Shown here piece after piece: positions 1 through 12,255 of a stretch of 64,000 bases of DNA. Position numbers and translations under genes: made by a program. The DNA is from an uncultured delta proteobacterium (lineage in GTDB: Bacteria > Desulfobacterota > Binatia > UBA9968). The notes beneath the pieces were generated by a model. The model saw only the letters and a list, made by a program, of their open reading frames with translations. It made no database searches and was not told where the DNA came from. How positions within the stretch are numbered: position 1 is the stretch's first letter; each line of letters begins with the position of its first letter. The stretch spans positions 1 through 64,000 of the forward strand of contig CAVUZH010000013.1 in assembly GCA_963745835.1 (NCBI GenBank). Reading direction: 5' to 3'.

Positions 1-529
1 TAAAAAACACTAACACATCTACAGGCCGAGTAAGCTTTCTAGTCCGCTAATGAAATTTGTTGATTTCTTTGCATTGGTTCCTGGACTCAATCTGGTGGCC
101 AACCGCTACTTTCAATATCAACTGCGTGAGAGTCGGATGATGTTAACAATGTTTGTCCGTCAAGCAGCACATGTCTCCCCAACGTCACGCAAGTAAGCAC
201 AACTCCAGCTTTCGAAATCGAAAATGGCAACAGGCCTCAGTTTTCCTTCCATGCTAACGGGTTTTAATGTCACATTGGCCGGTGATTGCTTCACTTCAGA
301 TGACGTTCGTTTCCAAGTGTCTTCAGACTCTGGCAGCACATACAAGTATTACAACGGCACCGCATGGACAACAGTGACAACCCCAAGCTGACCATACAAT
401 GAAGCGGCAAGGCTTGCAGTAACTCAAGCCAACATTGGTTCACTGGCCAGCAGCGGAACTTTCCGTTTCAAGGCTCTCGTGCCAAGTCAGTACAACAAAA
501 CCTGCGACCTTTCCAGCCCATCTTATTAA
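1..529 (+). CDS. 3' end of a large secreted/surface protein (frameshifted, 5' partial)
   Basis: Manual translation across frames gives TGLSFPSMLTGFNVTLAGDCFTSDDVRFQVSSDSGSTYKYYNGTAWTTV...GTFRFKALVPS. It is followed by a strong hairpin. Confidence 0.4.
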
Positions 530-575
530 CTGGTAAAAAGGTGCCAGGTCTGGACCTGGCAACTTTTTTACCAGT
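529..575. terminator. Long inverted repeat (terminator or REP-like hairpin)
   Basis: ACTGGTAAAAAG-GTGCCAGGTC-TG-GACCTGGCAAC-TTTTTTACCAGT is nearly perfectly self-complementary. Confidence 0.6.
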
Positions 576-1173
576 TTCTCACGCAGTTTCCCTCCATTTT
601 ATTGCCAACGGGAATGTGAGGATTAACTAAAAGAGATGTGAAATTGGGATACACAACTAAGTCTAGAGAGTTGTCTGCAGACTCTTTGAAACAGTGGCTC
701 GGTAGAGCTCGCCCGGCTGTAGCAATTCGTTGGTGATCGTTTCCGTGTGTGTTGTGCCAAACTGATTGATGGTGACTGAGTCACCTAAGTGATTTCCTTC
801 CTCAGTCAGCGTAAGTTCGGCAAAAGGACTACCCATGAAAGTATAGCTGCAAACCAGCTCAGTCCCAAAAGTTTGCCCTGCATTAAGTCAGGTCGGGAGT
901 GTTGGACGCTTGGAGGCCATTGAGATCGAAGAGAGCATGGTGAAGAGCAATTCAAGAAAATAATGATTTGATTTGATTTTTTTTCAATAGGCATTAGTTA
1001 TGCTAGCTTCATTAGTTTTAAAAATCCACTTCAATAATACTGCAAAAAATTATTTAGATTTCTAAATGCGCTGAGAGTCTTATGAGTTGTCAAAAGCGAA
1101 TCAAAGCTTTGCCTTTATCGTGTTTAAAATTTTTCAAATTTCTTTACAGTAGTAACAGAAAGTGAGGGTCATC

Positions 1174-1497
1174 ATGAATTGTCCTGCATGTAAAGATACT
1201 GTGTTGTCCATGACCGAGCGGCAAGGAATTGAAATTGATTATTGCCCCAGCTGCCGCGGAGTTTGGTTGGATCGTGGTGAGCTTGATAAGATTATTGAAA
1301 AATCAGTGGTGGCGGAAGCGCCTGCTGCTAGAGTGGGTGAGAACCCTGCGTATCCGCCTTCATCTCCATCGCCCGACCGGTATTATAAGGACCAACACAA
1401 ATACAAGCGCAAGAAATCCCTTTTGGAAAGAGCCATTGAATTCCCCTTAAATAGTTTCTTCTCATTAAAAAAATTAAGATTTTCATTTAGGTTTTAG
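1174..1497 (+). CDS. zf-TFIIB zinc-ribbon domain protein
   Basis: MNCPACK...ERQGIEIDYCPSCRGVWLDRGELDKII signature and a KRKKSLL tail. The extreme C-terminus is probably frameshifted. Confidence 0.85.
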   Translation: MNCPACKDTVLSMTERQGIEIDYCPSCRGVWLDRGELDKIIEKSVVAEAPAARVGENPAYPPSSPSPDRYYKDQHKYKRKKSLLERAIEFPLNSFFSLKKLRFSFRF

Positions 1498-2510
1498 CCT
1501 AATCAAAGCGATATGGCTTTAGCCTAACTTGCAGCACTTCGCTTCTAGCCTAGGTTCAACGGTGGTATTTTCAGGAGATTTTGAGTAACATCCGTTTCCT
1601 TGAATGAAGTGACTTTTGAAAGTCTTACCCCCTGTTTTTCCGCCAGTGCTGAAGTGACAACCTACCAGACTCCATCCTGGGTTGCATTTTGCTCCCCAAG
1701 AACTCCCTGTCGTTTGAGAATCAACTTTCGAAAATACAGTGGAGTGCTCGGGTTCTCCAGAGGAGCCTGACTGAAAAGTGAGGATGCTGAGCGGAGAAGT
1801 CAGGAGAGTTGCACAGTAGATTCTCTTTAGGGCGCCAGGAGAGGAGTCGTCAAAATTTATCTTGTTTACGTTGATAGGCGGAAATTCTGCAGGTGAGTTT
1901 GAATACGATTTTGAAGCTCAATTTGAAGTCGAATTTGAAGTTGCAATGGCGAATTTTACGGAAACCTTGATTAAAGGGTTGGTGCAGCCTGGAGGACATT
2001 CGAGCGCTGCGAAAGCTTGGACAGAAATAGGACAATTGTTATCAGGCTTTTTTTCGCTGAAAGTTCCACAGCTCTCGCTATTTTTCGTAAAACCAGAAGT
2101 TGGTGACAAGTGAAGAAAGGGAATGCCCTCCGCATCTAGAATTGCGTATTCCACCCTGAGTCTTGGTGGGACAAGTTTCCACCTGCGACAAGCACTTAAA
2201 GAGCTTTTGGTTTTCCGGGTAGGCGGTCGTCAACTGCCAGGCCTGCGGATTATCGATTAGCGCATGAATCGTCTGACTCAAGGAATTCAGGTGCAAGCGT
2301 ACCGATTCCGCCTGCGGTTTTCTTTTCGATGATAGTTTACGAGGGCGAAAGAGCCCATGCATAGTATTAAGGTTGCAGAGATCACTCCGAGCACTACGAT
2401 AAAAGCTCACCTTTTTCCCGTTCTGTAGTGGCTTTTTCGTCAGGTTTAAGTTCAGGCGCAAGAACAAAAGTAAGTGCAAACCTATGAGCAAGTGTAGATT
2501 CATGCCGACC

Positions 2511-3460
2511 TTATAAAAATTTGCAGCAGGTTAAGCTGATGTTTGAATTTGCGAGAAACTCTTCATTGTCACTCATACAGCCATTTTTACTCATAAAAAC
2601 GTCCATATCGGTAGCTTGCCCACTGGCATTGTCGATCGAGCAGCCCATGACTTCCCACCCAGTGGCGCAGAGGGCGCCGTAGTTGCCGCCTTCTTCGCTT
2701 GGGCTAAGGAGTCGAAGAGGTGTACAATTTAAAGACCTCACCAGCTTTTTCGTAGGGAATATTAGATTCTCCTGCAGAGTATCGATCAGGAATAATGCTC
2801 CCGTCTTTGGTCATTGACCCGTGGACACATTTAAGTCCCGAGTCATTTCTCACGGCCCGATCCAAGCTGAAGGCAAACTTTTTAAAATTCATAGGTCCTT
2901 TGAACACACTAGCTGTGGAGTGCAGATCACCAGAGATTCTCAGGGTGGGGGATTTGCATGGGTTTTCTCGCAAATTACCTTGGCCATCACTTCTAATGAA
3001 ATGGACATGCTGCATTTTTGCCGTCAAAGGAGGTGCAAGTTTGCCCGGAGGCGGTGACTCCATCATGGCTTTCTTTTCCGAGAAGGACAGAGCCGCTAGA
3101 TTCTAGGATTGAAATGCGAGCCTCGGCTCCATTGACACAGTTGCTGGGAGTTGCATTCAGGCAGGAGAAAAACTCAGAGTTCTTTTCGTGAGACATTATC
3201 TTTTTCCAGACCTCTTCGTTGCGAATGGCTGAAATGGCTTGCTGGCGCAGGCTCAATAATGAGACTCCGTGGCTTAGGTCAGAGGTGCTGCTGATGATGG
3301 ACATTAGGAAGGTCATCGACGACATTATGGATATGCAGGAAAGGCCGGCGGTTAGGATCAATTCGGCTACCGTGAACCCACGCTCGCATTTGAACTTGAC
3401 CAATCTCTTCCTCCCCAAAAAATCAGATGCGTGAACGGCAGGCAGGTCAGAGGGTTTCAA
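2511..3460 (-). CDS. Prepilin-type N-terminal methylation domain protein (split over three ORFs by indels)
   Basis: ERGFTVAELILTAGL class III signal followed by a hydrophobic helix; Cys-rich C-terminus. ORFs 2993-3460, 2704-3066 and 2511-2741 overlap in series. Confidence 0.6.
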
Positions 3461-3887
3461 GGTGAAACACTCAGTGGGCTTGCCTAAAGCTTTTGCGCCT
3501 GATTACTTTTTACAAAATATACCACTTTGGGCAGTGTCCCTGAACTTTCAATTTGTGCGTGAAGTTTCCAATGACGAGACAAGAAAACGAAGCGAGATGA
3601 TACATTGAGACACTCTAAGTTTCATTTCGAAATATGGGAGTGGGGTCGGGCTCTGGAGCACTGGTTTGTATTCAGCCATTTTCTGCCCAAATATCACGCA
3701 CTACTGACTCCAGTGAGCTGACAGAGGATTCTACGTACCTCCTAGACAAATCCGAAATTTATCCGTATTTACCTCAGTTAACTGGTTCAGGCTGTGACCT
3801 GCCCTTGCAGGCAGTCAATTGCAAAAATGCAATGGTCAATACAAGTGTCGGAGTAATTTCTCTTCGAACGCCGCGGAGAAGAAAAAT

Positions 3888-4079
3888 ATGAAACAGCGTA
3901 CCCACAGCGGCGCGAAGAAGAGAATGCGTTTGCTTCCGGGCGGGAAAATTAAAAGAAGAGCACCCGCCTTCGCTCACTTGAACTCACACATGAGTTCAAA
4001 AACTAAGAGACATTTGGGCAAAACCTCCTATGTGGATGATGCCAACCTTTATCAAACCCGTAGAACTTTGGTATTTTGA
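3888..4079 (+). CDS. rpmI: 50S ribosomal protein L35
   Basis: MKQRTHSGAKKRMRLLPGGKIKR...HLNSHMSSKTKRHL; lies directly upstream of L20. Confidence 0.95.
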   Translation: MKQRTHSGAKKRMRLLPGGKIKRRAPAFAHLNSHMSSKTKRHLGKTSYVDDANLYQTRRTLVF

Positions 4080-4087
4080 GGTAAAAC

Positions 4088-4448
4088 ATGACGCGTAAAA
4101 AGTGGTAAAACCAATAAAGCTCGTCACAAAAAAGTCTTAAAGGCCTCAAAAGGTCGTTATTCAGCCAACAGCCGTTGCTTCATTCATGCTCGAGAAAAGA
4201 ATGACCGCGCGATGGTTTATATGTTCCGAGATCGCAAGGTTCGTAAAAGAACTTTCCGCAGACTCTGGACTCAAAGGATCAATGCAGCAGCTAGAATGTT
4301 TGGCACCAATTACTCTCGTTTGATTGGTGGCTTGATTAAAGCAGGCATCGAGATTGATCGAAAACAGCTTGCAGATCTGGCCGTTCATGATCTGACAACC
4401 TTTCAATCTTTGGTGTAAGCACACTTTGGCCTAAGAGCGAAAGCTTAA
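4088..4448 (+). CDS. rplT: 50S ribosomal protein L20 (indels near both ends, likely sequence errors)
   Basis: [12 protein letters not shown]; [26 protein letters not shown]; [15 protein letters not shown]. Confidence 0.95.
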
Positions 4449-4509
4449 GTAGGAAAGTGCAGACTAGCGAGAGATTGCAGGAGAAAGCACCAGCAAAAGG
4501 GCAGGAAAA

Positions 4510-5695
4510 GTGGCAGACAAATTGACTGATACTTTAACGGAACCTTTAACTGGTGTTTTGACGAAAGCTACATCTGCGAATCGAGTGCGAATTTCGACAC
4601 TCGAAAATTCGACACTCGAAAATAGATCATCTTCGCTTGTCTCTTGATCCACAAAATCAAAGCTTTGAGCACGGCGATCTGCACAGGATTGAGTTGCTTA
4701 ATGAGGCGCTACCTGAGCTTGATTTTAGTGAAATAGACACAACTCTTAATTTTCAGGGGCACACACTTAGTGCCCCTTTTCTTATTTCCTCCATGACGGC
4801 GGGTCATCACTTTGCTGTCGAATTCAATCGTCTCCTCTTTTACATTGCAGAAAAGTATCAAATATTATTAGGCGTGGGTTCCCAGCGCCGCGATTTGGAG
4901 GCTCTGGGAAGGGCTCGAACGGGATCTCAGGCAACCAAAGAGTTGGTAAATGAGTGGGCGATTCGGCGTGAGTTTCCGAAAGCTCCGGTGATTGCCAACA
5001 TTGGCATTGCTCAGCTGATTGAGCATGGTGCTGAGAGGTCCTATGAATTGGTGGGCCTGCTAGATGGCGTGGGTATTTTCGTTCACCTCAACGCTCTTCA
5101 GGATGCCTAGCCCCGAAGGCACGCCTAACTTTCGTGGTGCGCTCAAGGCTTTGCAGGATTTGCAAAAGATGGCGAAGGTGCCGATCATTCTTAAAGAGGT
5201 GGGCTGTGGCATCAATGTAAAAACGCTTCAGAGATTGCGGGCGGAGTGTGGGATTGAGTATTTTGACCTGAGCGGTGCGGGCGGCACTGATTGGGGCCGA
5301 ATTGAAGGCGGTCGGTCGACTAAAGAGCAAATCCTCTATTCGGCAGCAGAGACTTTTAGGAATTGGGGACAGAGTTTGAGTTACTGTCTAGAGCAAGCAA
5401 TCAATTCTAGTTTACCGGGCATTTGTGGGCCTCGGGCGGCGTGCGCAGTGGCCTAGATGTGGCAAAGCTGATCGCGATGGGCGCAGAGGTGGTGGGAATG
5501 GCCAAGCCTTGGCTGGATGCCATGATTGAAATTTCTGCGAATGGTGAAGTGATTTTGAAAGACAATTGTGAAAAAAACCTAGAGAATCTCTATGCAAGGT
5601 TACGATTGGAGTTGGCCATCGCCATGTTTTGCACAGGCAGCAAAGACTTAAAGGCGTTGGCGAAAGCACCTTGGATACGGAGGACGACATCGTGA
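4510..5695 (+). CDS. fni: Type 2 (FMN-dependent) isopentenyl-diphosphate delta-isomerase, frameshifted
   Basis: Motifs APFLISSMTAG, GVGSQR, VHLNALQ, PIILKEVGCG, DLSGAGGTDWGRIE and WASGGVRSGLDVAK across ORFs 4637-5110, 5064-5456 and 5423-5695. Start is approximate. Confidence 0.9.
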
Positions 5696-7101
5696 AACAA
5701 GACGTGAAGCAAGAGTTGAACAACATGGACAACATCAGCAACGTCAACAGCAGCAACGTGAACAGCAAAAACAGAGATAGCAGCTTAGACAAAGTATTTA
5801 GAGGCTTTTCAAAACTGTCTTACAACGACAGATTGCAGGCGCTTTCGCGCGGCTGGATTGTTGGCCGATGAGGGTGGGCAGTATCTGCGCGAAGGTGGCA
5901 TCAAGGATATTTCCTTGGGTGAAAAATTGATTGAAAATCTGATTGGTTATTTTCAGGTGCCCCTCGGAGTCGCCGTGCATTTTCGCATTGACGGAATTGA
6001 TCGCTTTATTCCCATGGCTGTCGAGGAAACCTCCATTGTGGCGGCCGCAAGTAAAACAGCAAAGTGGATTCGCGAATCGGGATCGATCACCACCCACAGT
6101 TCGGGCTCGGCCATTATTGGCCAAATTCAGATCGCAAAAATTAAAAATGTCGAAAAATTACAGGCAGCCTTGCAGTCCCACGAAGCCTATTGGGTGCAAA
6201 TGGCCAATCGAGAAGTGGCCGGCAACTGGTTTGGTCCAGCGCGGAGGTGGGGTTAAATCCATCGATCTGCGCATTTTGCCGCGACCAGATGGCCTGCAAA
6301 TGGGGGTCTTGCATGTGCACATGGATCCTTGCGAGGCCATGGGTGCCAACTGATCAATCAGGTTTGCGAATATTTAAAGTTCCTGATTGAAGTGGCCAGC
6401 GGCGAAGAAGTCACCATGTGCATTCTCAATTTCGTCCACACCAAGCTCACTACGGCAGAAGTGGTGATTGAAAATATTGATCCGCATGATTGCCGAAAAA
6501 ATTGAAGAGGCCTCTTTGTTTGCCGAACTCGATCCTACCGAAGTGCCACCAACAACAAAGGTGTTTTGAACGGCATGGACCCCATCTTGATTGCAACGGG
6601 GAATGACTGGCGAGCAGTGGAGGCAGGCGTTCATGCCTATGCCTGCAAAGAGGGGCAGTACCGCAGCATCACCAAGTGGCGACGCGAAGCTGGCGACCGG
6701 TGGTTCTACTACGGCGCCCATAGTGGTGGGCACGGTGGGTGGAGTGACAACTCTGCACCCTACCGCTTCGCTGTGTATGAAAATCCTGGGTGTGTCTGGC
6801 TCACAAGATCTTTCGCGAGTGATTGCGGCGGTGGGCTTGGTGCAAAATCTCGGAGCTTTGCGCGCGCTGGTGACGGACGGGTATTATCGAAGGCCATATG
6901 CGACTGCACATCAAGAACTTGAGCTTGGGTGCGGGAGCTAACGAAGTGGAAATGCCTGCTTTGCAAAAGAAATTGGAAGATATTTTTTCGTTGCGAAAGC
7001 GAATTTCTCTTTCCCAGGCAAAAGAAGCGCTTACAGAGCTAAGAGCCAGCGAGTTGAGTGCTGCTGAGCGAAGACTGAGCCGCGACGAAGTGATTCAGTA
7101 A
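5692..7101 (+). CDS. mvaA: Class II hydroxymethylglutaryl-CoA reductase, frameshifted
   Basis: Motifs [30 protein letters not shown]...[32 protein letters not shown] and HMRLH. Confidence 0.92.
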
Positions 7102-7160
7102 TTTTGTAATTTAGTAAACAAGTAAATTAGTCACTCAGTAATTCAGTTTGGAATTTCACT

Positions 7161-7240
7161 ATGGAATTTTCGATCGCCATCTCGCTGAAAACTTTTGTGC
7201 TTGGAGAGTATTTGGCTCTCCAGGGCGGGCCGGCCCTGAG
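7161..7240 (+). CDS. N-terminal fragment of a mevalonate/phosphomevalonate kinase (GHMP family), cut at the sequence junction
   Basis: KTFVLGEYLALQGGPAL resembles the GHMP motif PGKxxLxGEY/H, and the fragment follows mvaA. Confidence 0.65.
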
Positions 7241-10133
7241 AGGCCGCCTGCTCGGCGTCGGCGGTGGTGGCGGTGACGAACGCGCCTTTGTTCTTGTCGA
7301 GCAAATCGTAGAACTCGCGCGGGATGGATTGGCGGGTTTCCTTCGGGTCGGCGGGCTTCAGGATTTTCGCGGCGGACATGAAGTCCAGTTCGGCGGTCGG
7401 TTGTCGCCGGATGCACCGAGGAAGAATTTGTCGAGCCTGCCCTGACGGAAGTAGGTGAGCAGCGCGGGAAACTTTTGGACCGCGGTGTCGGCCGACAAGA
7501 TCCGGGTGGAGCGGGCCTTCTTGGGCAGGCGTTTGATGCGCTCGAAAAGTCGGGCTGCTTGTCGCGACGGCCCGAATTTCGGTGAGGAACTCGAGTTCGC
7601 TTTCCTCCTTCTCGTCTTCGCCGGTGATGGTCTTCTTGGAATTCCACTTGGCGAACAGATCGTGTGATACGATCTCCTCGCCCTCGGTCAACAGCCGGGC
7701 ATCCGCGCCGAGCATTTGGATGAAGGCATGAATCTTGGCCTCGGCGGCTTCGCTGGAGCTTGATGAGGTCGTTGCCTTCGTCGGTCGGGAAGAAGTTGTA
7801 GGTGTGAATCGTGTCGAACTTGGTGTCCACGCGGTTCACGCGCCCGACGCGCTGGATGAGCCGGGTTGGATTCCACGGGATGTCGTAGTTGATGACGATG
7901 TTCGAGCGATGAAGGTTCACGCCTTCGGAGAGAACTTCGGTGGCCACGAGGATGCGGTAATCGTCCTTGGGCCGATACGCCTTGGCGTCGAAGTTGGCGA
8001 TGACGTCCTCGCGGACGCTTTGAAGCGATTCGCCGGTGAAGAGCAGGACTTTCGGGTTCGACTTCGTCGCGGATCTTTTCGGCGAGATAGTCGGCGGTTT
8101 CCTTCGATTCGGTGAAGATGATGAGCTTGCCCGTTCTTGAGCAGCGGAGTCTTTTTCAGGATGTCCCGGAACGACTTCCCACTTGGATCGCGGGTGATTT
8201 TCTTCCAGTGGCTGCGAATGGCTTTCGAGAGCCTTCAGATCGTTTTCGAGATCGGTGATGAAGTCGGGCCGGAAATCTTTGGCGGCCAGTCTCTCGGCCT
8301 TGTCTTCTTCCAGCAGCCGGTCGATGCCTTCCTGATCGTCGGATTCGAGCAGTTCAAAGATTTTCCCGATGTGCTTCTTGCTGATGAAGACATGGCCTTT
8401 CTGGAACTCGGCGATGACGCGCTCGTAGGTGTGGATGAAGCGCCCGAGCGTGGACGGAACGCGGTGAAACTGCTTTCGAGGCGCTTCACCGTGAGGATCT
8501 TCATGAACTTGGCGAGGTTGCGCTGGCTCTGGATTTCGTGCTCGTCGCGCTTGCCTGTGTAGTAGGCCAGCGGCGTGTAGCGGGCGTATTTGAAGTCGTG
8601 CGTCAGCGAACGGATGGTTTCGTCGAAGACTTCGCTCTCGGTCTTGTTGAACTTGTAGAAGAGCGGTTCGGGGTTGGCGACCTCGGGAAACTTCAAACCC
8701 TGCTGTTTCAAATCGTCGCCGTAGTATTTCTCAATCTCGGTGCGGGTGCGGCGGATCATCAGGAACTTGAGAATCTTCTCGCGGGTCTGCCGTGGCGTTT
8801 TCCTGTACAGTGCGGAAATAGTCCTCGCGGTCGCGCTGGCGGTCGAGTCCTTTGAGCCGTCGACGGAGCGCGCCGAAGAAGGCTTCAAGATTGCGGACGT
8901 TCGGGATGGTGCTGTTCTTGCCGGGCTGAAACAGCTTGATCTGGCTCAGGATGTCCTGCGGCGTGTTGTTCAGCGGCGTGGCGGAAACCAGAACGACGCG
9001 CTTGCCGCGGCAGATTTGCGCGAGCATCTCGTAGCTCTGCGTGTCCTCGGTGCGGAAGCGGTGCGACTCGTCAATGAAGACATTGGTGAATTTCTTGAGG
9101 TCGCGGTCCAGCAGCGATTCCAGCTTGCCAAGGGATTCGCACAGGTAGCCGCGCACGCCGAAATCGCGAAAGACATTGGGCCACGAGCCGGGATTGTGTT
9201 CGTCGAGCAGGTGCGGCGGCGCGATGACGAGGCACGGCTCGTTGAGATGCTGGGCGAGCAGCGCGGACATGTAGGTCTTGCCCAAGCCGACCACGTCGGA
9301 CAAGAATGCGCCGCCGTATTCGTCAAGCACCTTGCGGGCGTTCAGCACGGCCTCTTCCTGATACTTCAGTTTCTTGAAGCCCGTGGGCAGATACATGTCC
9401 TCGATCTCGTCGGGCAGGTTGAGTTCGCCCCGGAAATACTCGTAGAGGAACTTCAGATAGAGTTCGTAGGGCGTGAACTGCGCGAAGGGCGACTTGACTT
9501 CGATGGTCGTAACGTAATCCTTGGTCACGTCCACGGACTTGGCCCAAAGTTCGTTGAACTTCTGGATGCGCGAACTCGTAGTCGGAGCGGTTCTTCAACT
9601 CGACGTTGAACTCCAGATTGTCCTGCAAGCCCGCTTCGGTGAAGTTGCTCGAACCGGTGATGACGCGGCCCTTGTCGCGGTCGCCCTCGTGGAACGTCAT
9701 GATGTAGAGCTTGGCGTGAACGCGCTCGGACGGATACGCGCGGACTTCCAGTTTGCCGGACTTGATCCATTCCACGAATTTGCGGACGCCGTCTTCGATT
9801 TCGGAACTGTCGCCGGATTTCTGGAACTCGTCCAGGATTTCGCCCGGCAGCGCTCTCGGACTTGGGCGTGGGATTCCAAAACAAACTCCTGCTGCTTCTT
9901 TGGCGGTCTGAATCAGTTCGTAGGTCGCGCCGGTCGGTCTTGATGCCGACGAGAATGCGAATCTTCTCGGTCTTCGTCAGCGCGGGATGAAGCTTGTGAA
10001 AGCCGCTGATGAAGAAGTAGCCGACGAGACAATCGAAGAGGCGCGTGTCGTCACCGAGCAAGACGCCGAAGCGGTCGCGCTAGATGCTTGCCCTGCTCGT
10101 TGGTGATGAAAGTCAGGTCGGAGGAAGTGGCAT
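7240..10133 (-). CDS. PLD-domain SNF2/SF2 helicase (restriction/defence-associated type), frameshifted, 3' end cut at junction
   Basis: PLD motif HAKLYI...ITGSSNFT...NLEFNV; Walker A LSDVVGLGKT; IDESHRFR; SATPLNN; LSEGVNL; NYDIPWNPTRLIQRVGRVNR. Confidence 0.88.
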
Positions 10134-10468
10134 TGGCGGCGTCTTTTGTAGCCGCGCTTAGGCAAGACTCGATCTTCGTGGGTAGAGTGGTTTCCGATAG
10201 GCTAGGATACGTGTGTCCAGCCGCCTCAGAGCGAGCAATCTGAAGTCATCCAGGAAAGCCAAGTAGCAACGGGTCGTTCTTCTTGAAAGCCACGCATCAG
10301 CTCGTCTGGCCAGCAACTGGATGGGAGCTGAAGCAACAACCCTGCGATCTGTTCGTATGGTTCGCTCACGGGACAGCGGCTTTTGTACCTGACCCAACGG
10401 AGAGTGGGTGATAAGCCGCAAGGCTCGAAGTGAGTTCATTTACTCGGCCATTCATTTCCTCGAATTTC

Positions 10469-10720
10469 TTATCCACCAATGCTTCTCAAGTGATTGAAGC
10501 TATATGATCTCGGTACCCTCAGGCGCGTTGTTTTTTTTGTGCCAGAATGCAGGGGTTCTCTTTGTACTTTGCGGGAGCATCTGGGCCCCAGTCCTCGTCG
10601 TCGGCCCGTACTATGACAGTTAGCGCAGAGAGCAATTAAGTTCGCAACACGTGGACACGCGCCTCGCTCCAAGGAATTACGTGCGCGTGCTCAAGAGGTA
10701 ACGGATTACAGCAGACTGCG
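10469..10720 (-). pseudogene. HNH endonuclease-like remnant
   Basis: NLIALCANCH motif within a disrupted frame. Limits are approximate. Confidence 0.4.
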
Positions 10721-11344
10721 CAATGGTGGCGGGCCTCGAAAAGGACCTCGCGCCTAATAGCTATTGGAATGGCGGGCTGGTCGTTAGGCATGTTCACTGC
10801 CACTTAAAGGTGCACAAGCTTTTGACGCAGATTCCACGCGCATGCTCTGTGATAATCAAGCTTCGGCGGCCATTGTTAGCATCGCTGTTACCGATGGGTT
10901 CCGAGATTTACATGGGCTGCTCGCTGGGTCTCCAACTATGGATCTCTTTTGAATTTGGCCTGTTCGGAATTTACGCTAAGAAGATTCGCGGGGATCGAAG
11001 TTTCTGTATCCGGATCGGCGCTGCCAAGATACTAGTCGAACTGCGCTGATATGCCAAGGAAAAACTGAATACTCAAATCTTTGGCTGGTACAACCTTAAC
11101 GCGCCTCATGTTTGGTTTACCGCTCGCTATTCAATAGGAACCCCAGACTAACATGTTCGATCGTCGCTCTGCCTCACCGATAGAACTATCTGCTTGCCCT
11201 ACTCTGTGTCATTACCAAAGGTGCGCATCCTTCTTTGAGTATTAAGATAACTTGTTTGGGGGGGTTACTGTCTACTAGTGGACAATTTCGTAAAGAAATA
11301 TCCGCGATGACGCATCGCTCGGGTCGCCGTGAGCCATTGAATTA

Positions 11345-11376
11345 GATTTCGAGATTTCCGAAACGTCGAAAATGAC
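11345..11376 (+). repeat. Site A palindrome (partial)
   Basis: TTTCGAGATTTCCGAAACGTCGAAAATGAC, in the same context as the copy at 12896. Confidence 0.7.
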
Positions 11377-11384
11377 AATTCGAG

Positions 11385-11674
11385 CACCTACCAGGACCTT
11401 GGAACACCTCTTGACGTGCCAAGAGATCCAAGCTTCATGAGGATAGTAGTTGGGGCGTTGCGGCTGTCGAATCTCCTTTCCGTGATATGCAACGACCCAT
11501 TCCTGAAATCCCCTCTTGCTCATCGGCCAGTGTTTTTCGGAGACGATGACGGACATGGAGTCGGAAATTGTAAACATGCCCCGGTCGAAAAGCTTGTGAT
11601 GGAGCGAGCACAGGGCGAGGCCGTTGCGCTCCTCGTCGGGACCGCCGGCTTGATGCCATTTGATGTGAGCGGCC
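11385..11674 (-). pseudogene. 3' fragment duplicate of the SBD-HNH endonuclease gene
   Basis: Aligns by eye with 12942-13230 (AAHIKWHQAGGPDEERNGLALCSLHHKLFDRG...). The 5' part is absent. Confidence 0.85.
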
Positions 11675-11820
11675 GTTGGGTCGTTTTAGCTGACCAACGA
11701 GCCCGAGCTTCTATCCGGACGTGATCGCAGTGTGCGGCCGAAGCTTAATCGGACGTCACGAATGTGAGTTATTTGGGAGGAACTCCCACGTTTCGAGAGT
11801 TCCCGAAACGTCGAAATGAG
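11671..11820 (+). repeat. ~290-nt array element, right half, ending in site A
   Basis: TTTTAGCTGACC...GTGCGGCCGA...TAATCGG...GTGAGTTAT...GGAACTCCCACGTTTCGAGAGTTCCCGAAACGTCGAAATGAG. Confidence 0.8.
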
Positions 11821-12042
11821 ACCGGCACTAGCGCCGCCCGTAGGCAGCAGACTTCTCTTGGACCAGGAACCCAATTTTCCTTCTTCTTCGGCTTCGGTCG
11901 TGGGGTAAAAAGGGCGTGGTCGTAATGGTCCGGCGAGATCCGTTTGGAAGGAAGGACTACTGTGAGGGTGATTGGAAACCCCTGCGGGGCAATTATCGCG
12001 TCTTGCTCGTAGGCAGAAAACCGCCGGGTTTCGAAGCCAGGT

Positions 12043-12255
12043 CTATTTGCTGCCAGTTAATTCTGCTTCAAACGGTCGCTCCTTGCGAAAACGGCTGACG
12101 CCGAGAATGCTGAACCCAACCACCTGTCCCTGCTCGTCGACTCGCTCCATCAACGCGTCATGGGTGGTTTCGCGCATAAAGCCGGGCACGTCGCTGAACC
12201 GTACTTCCAAAAAGTCGCCTTCAGGATCGAACCAAACTTTTACTTTTTCGGCCAT
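12043..12255 (-). CDS. DUF2283-like putative antitoxin
   Basis: VKVWFDPEGDFLEVRF...ERVDEQGQVVGFSIL; overlaps the upstream partner gene. Confidence 0.75.
   Translation of the reverse strand: MAEKVKVWFDPEGDFLEVRFSDVPGFMRETTHDALMERVDEQGQVVGFSILGVSRFRKERPFEAELTGSK

Noticed and set aside
1500-2503. Short ORFs between the zf-TFIIB gene and the prepilin-like gene
   Set aside because: No recognisable motifs. They may be a frameshifted minus-strand gene, but no call can be supported.
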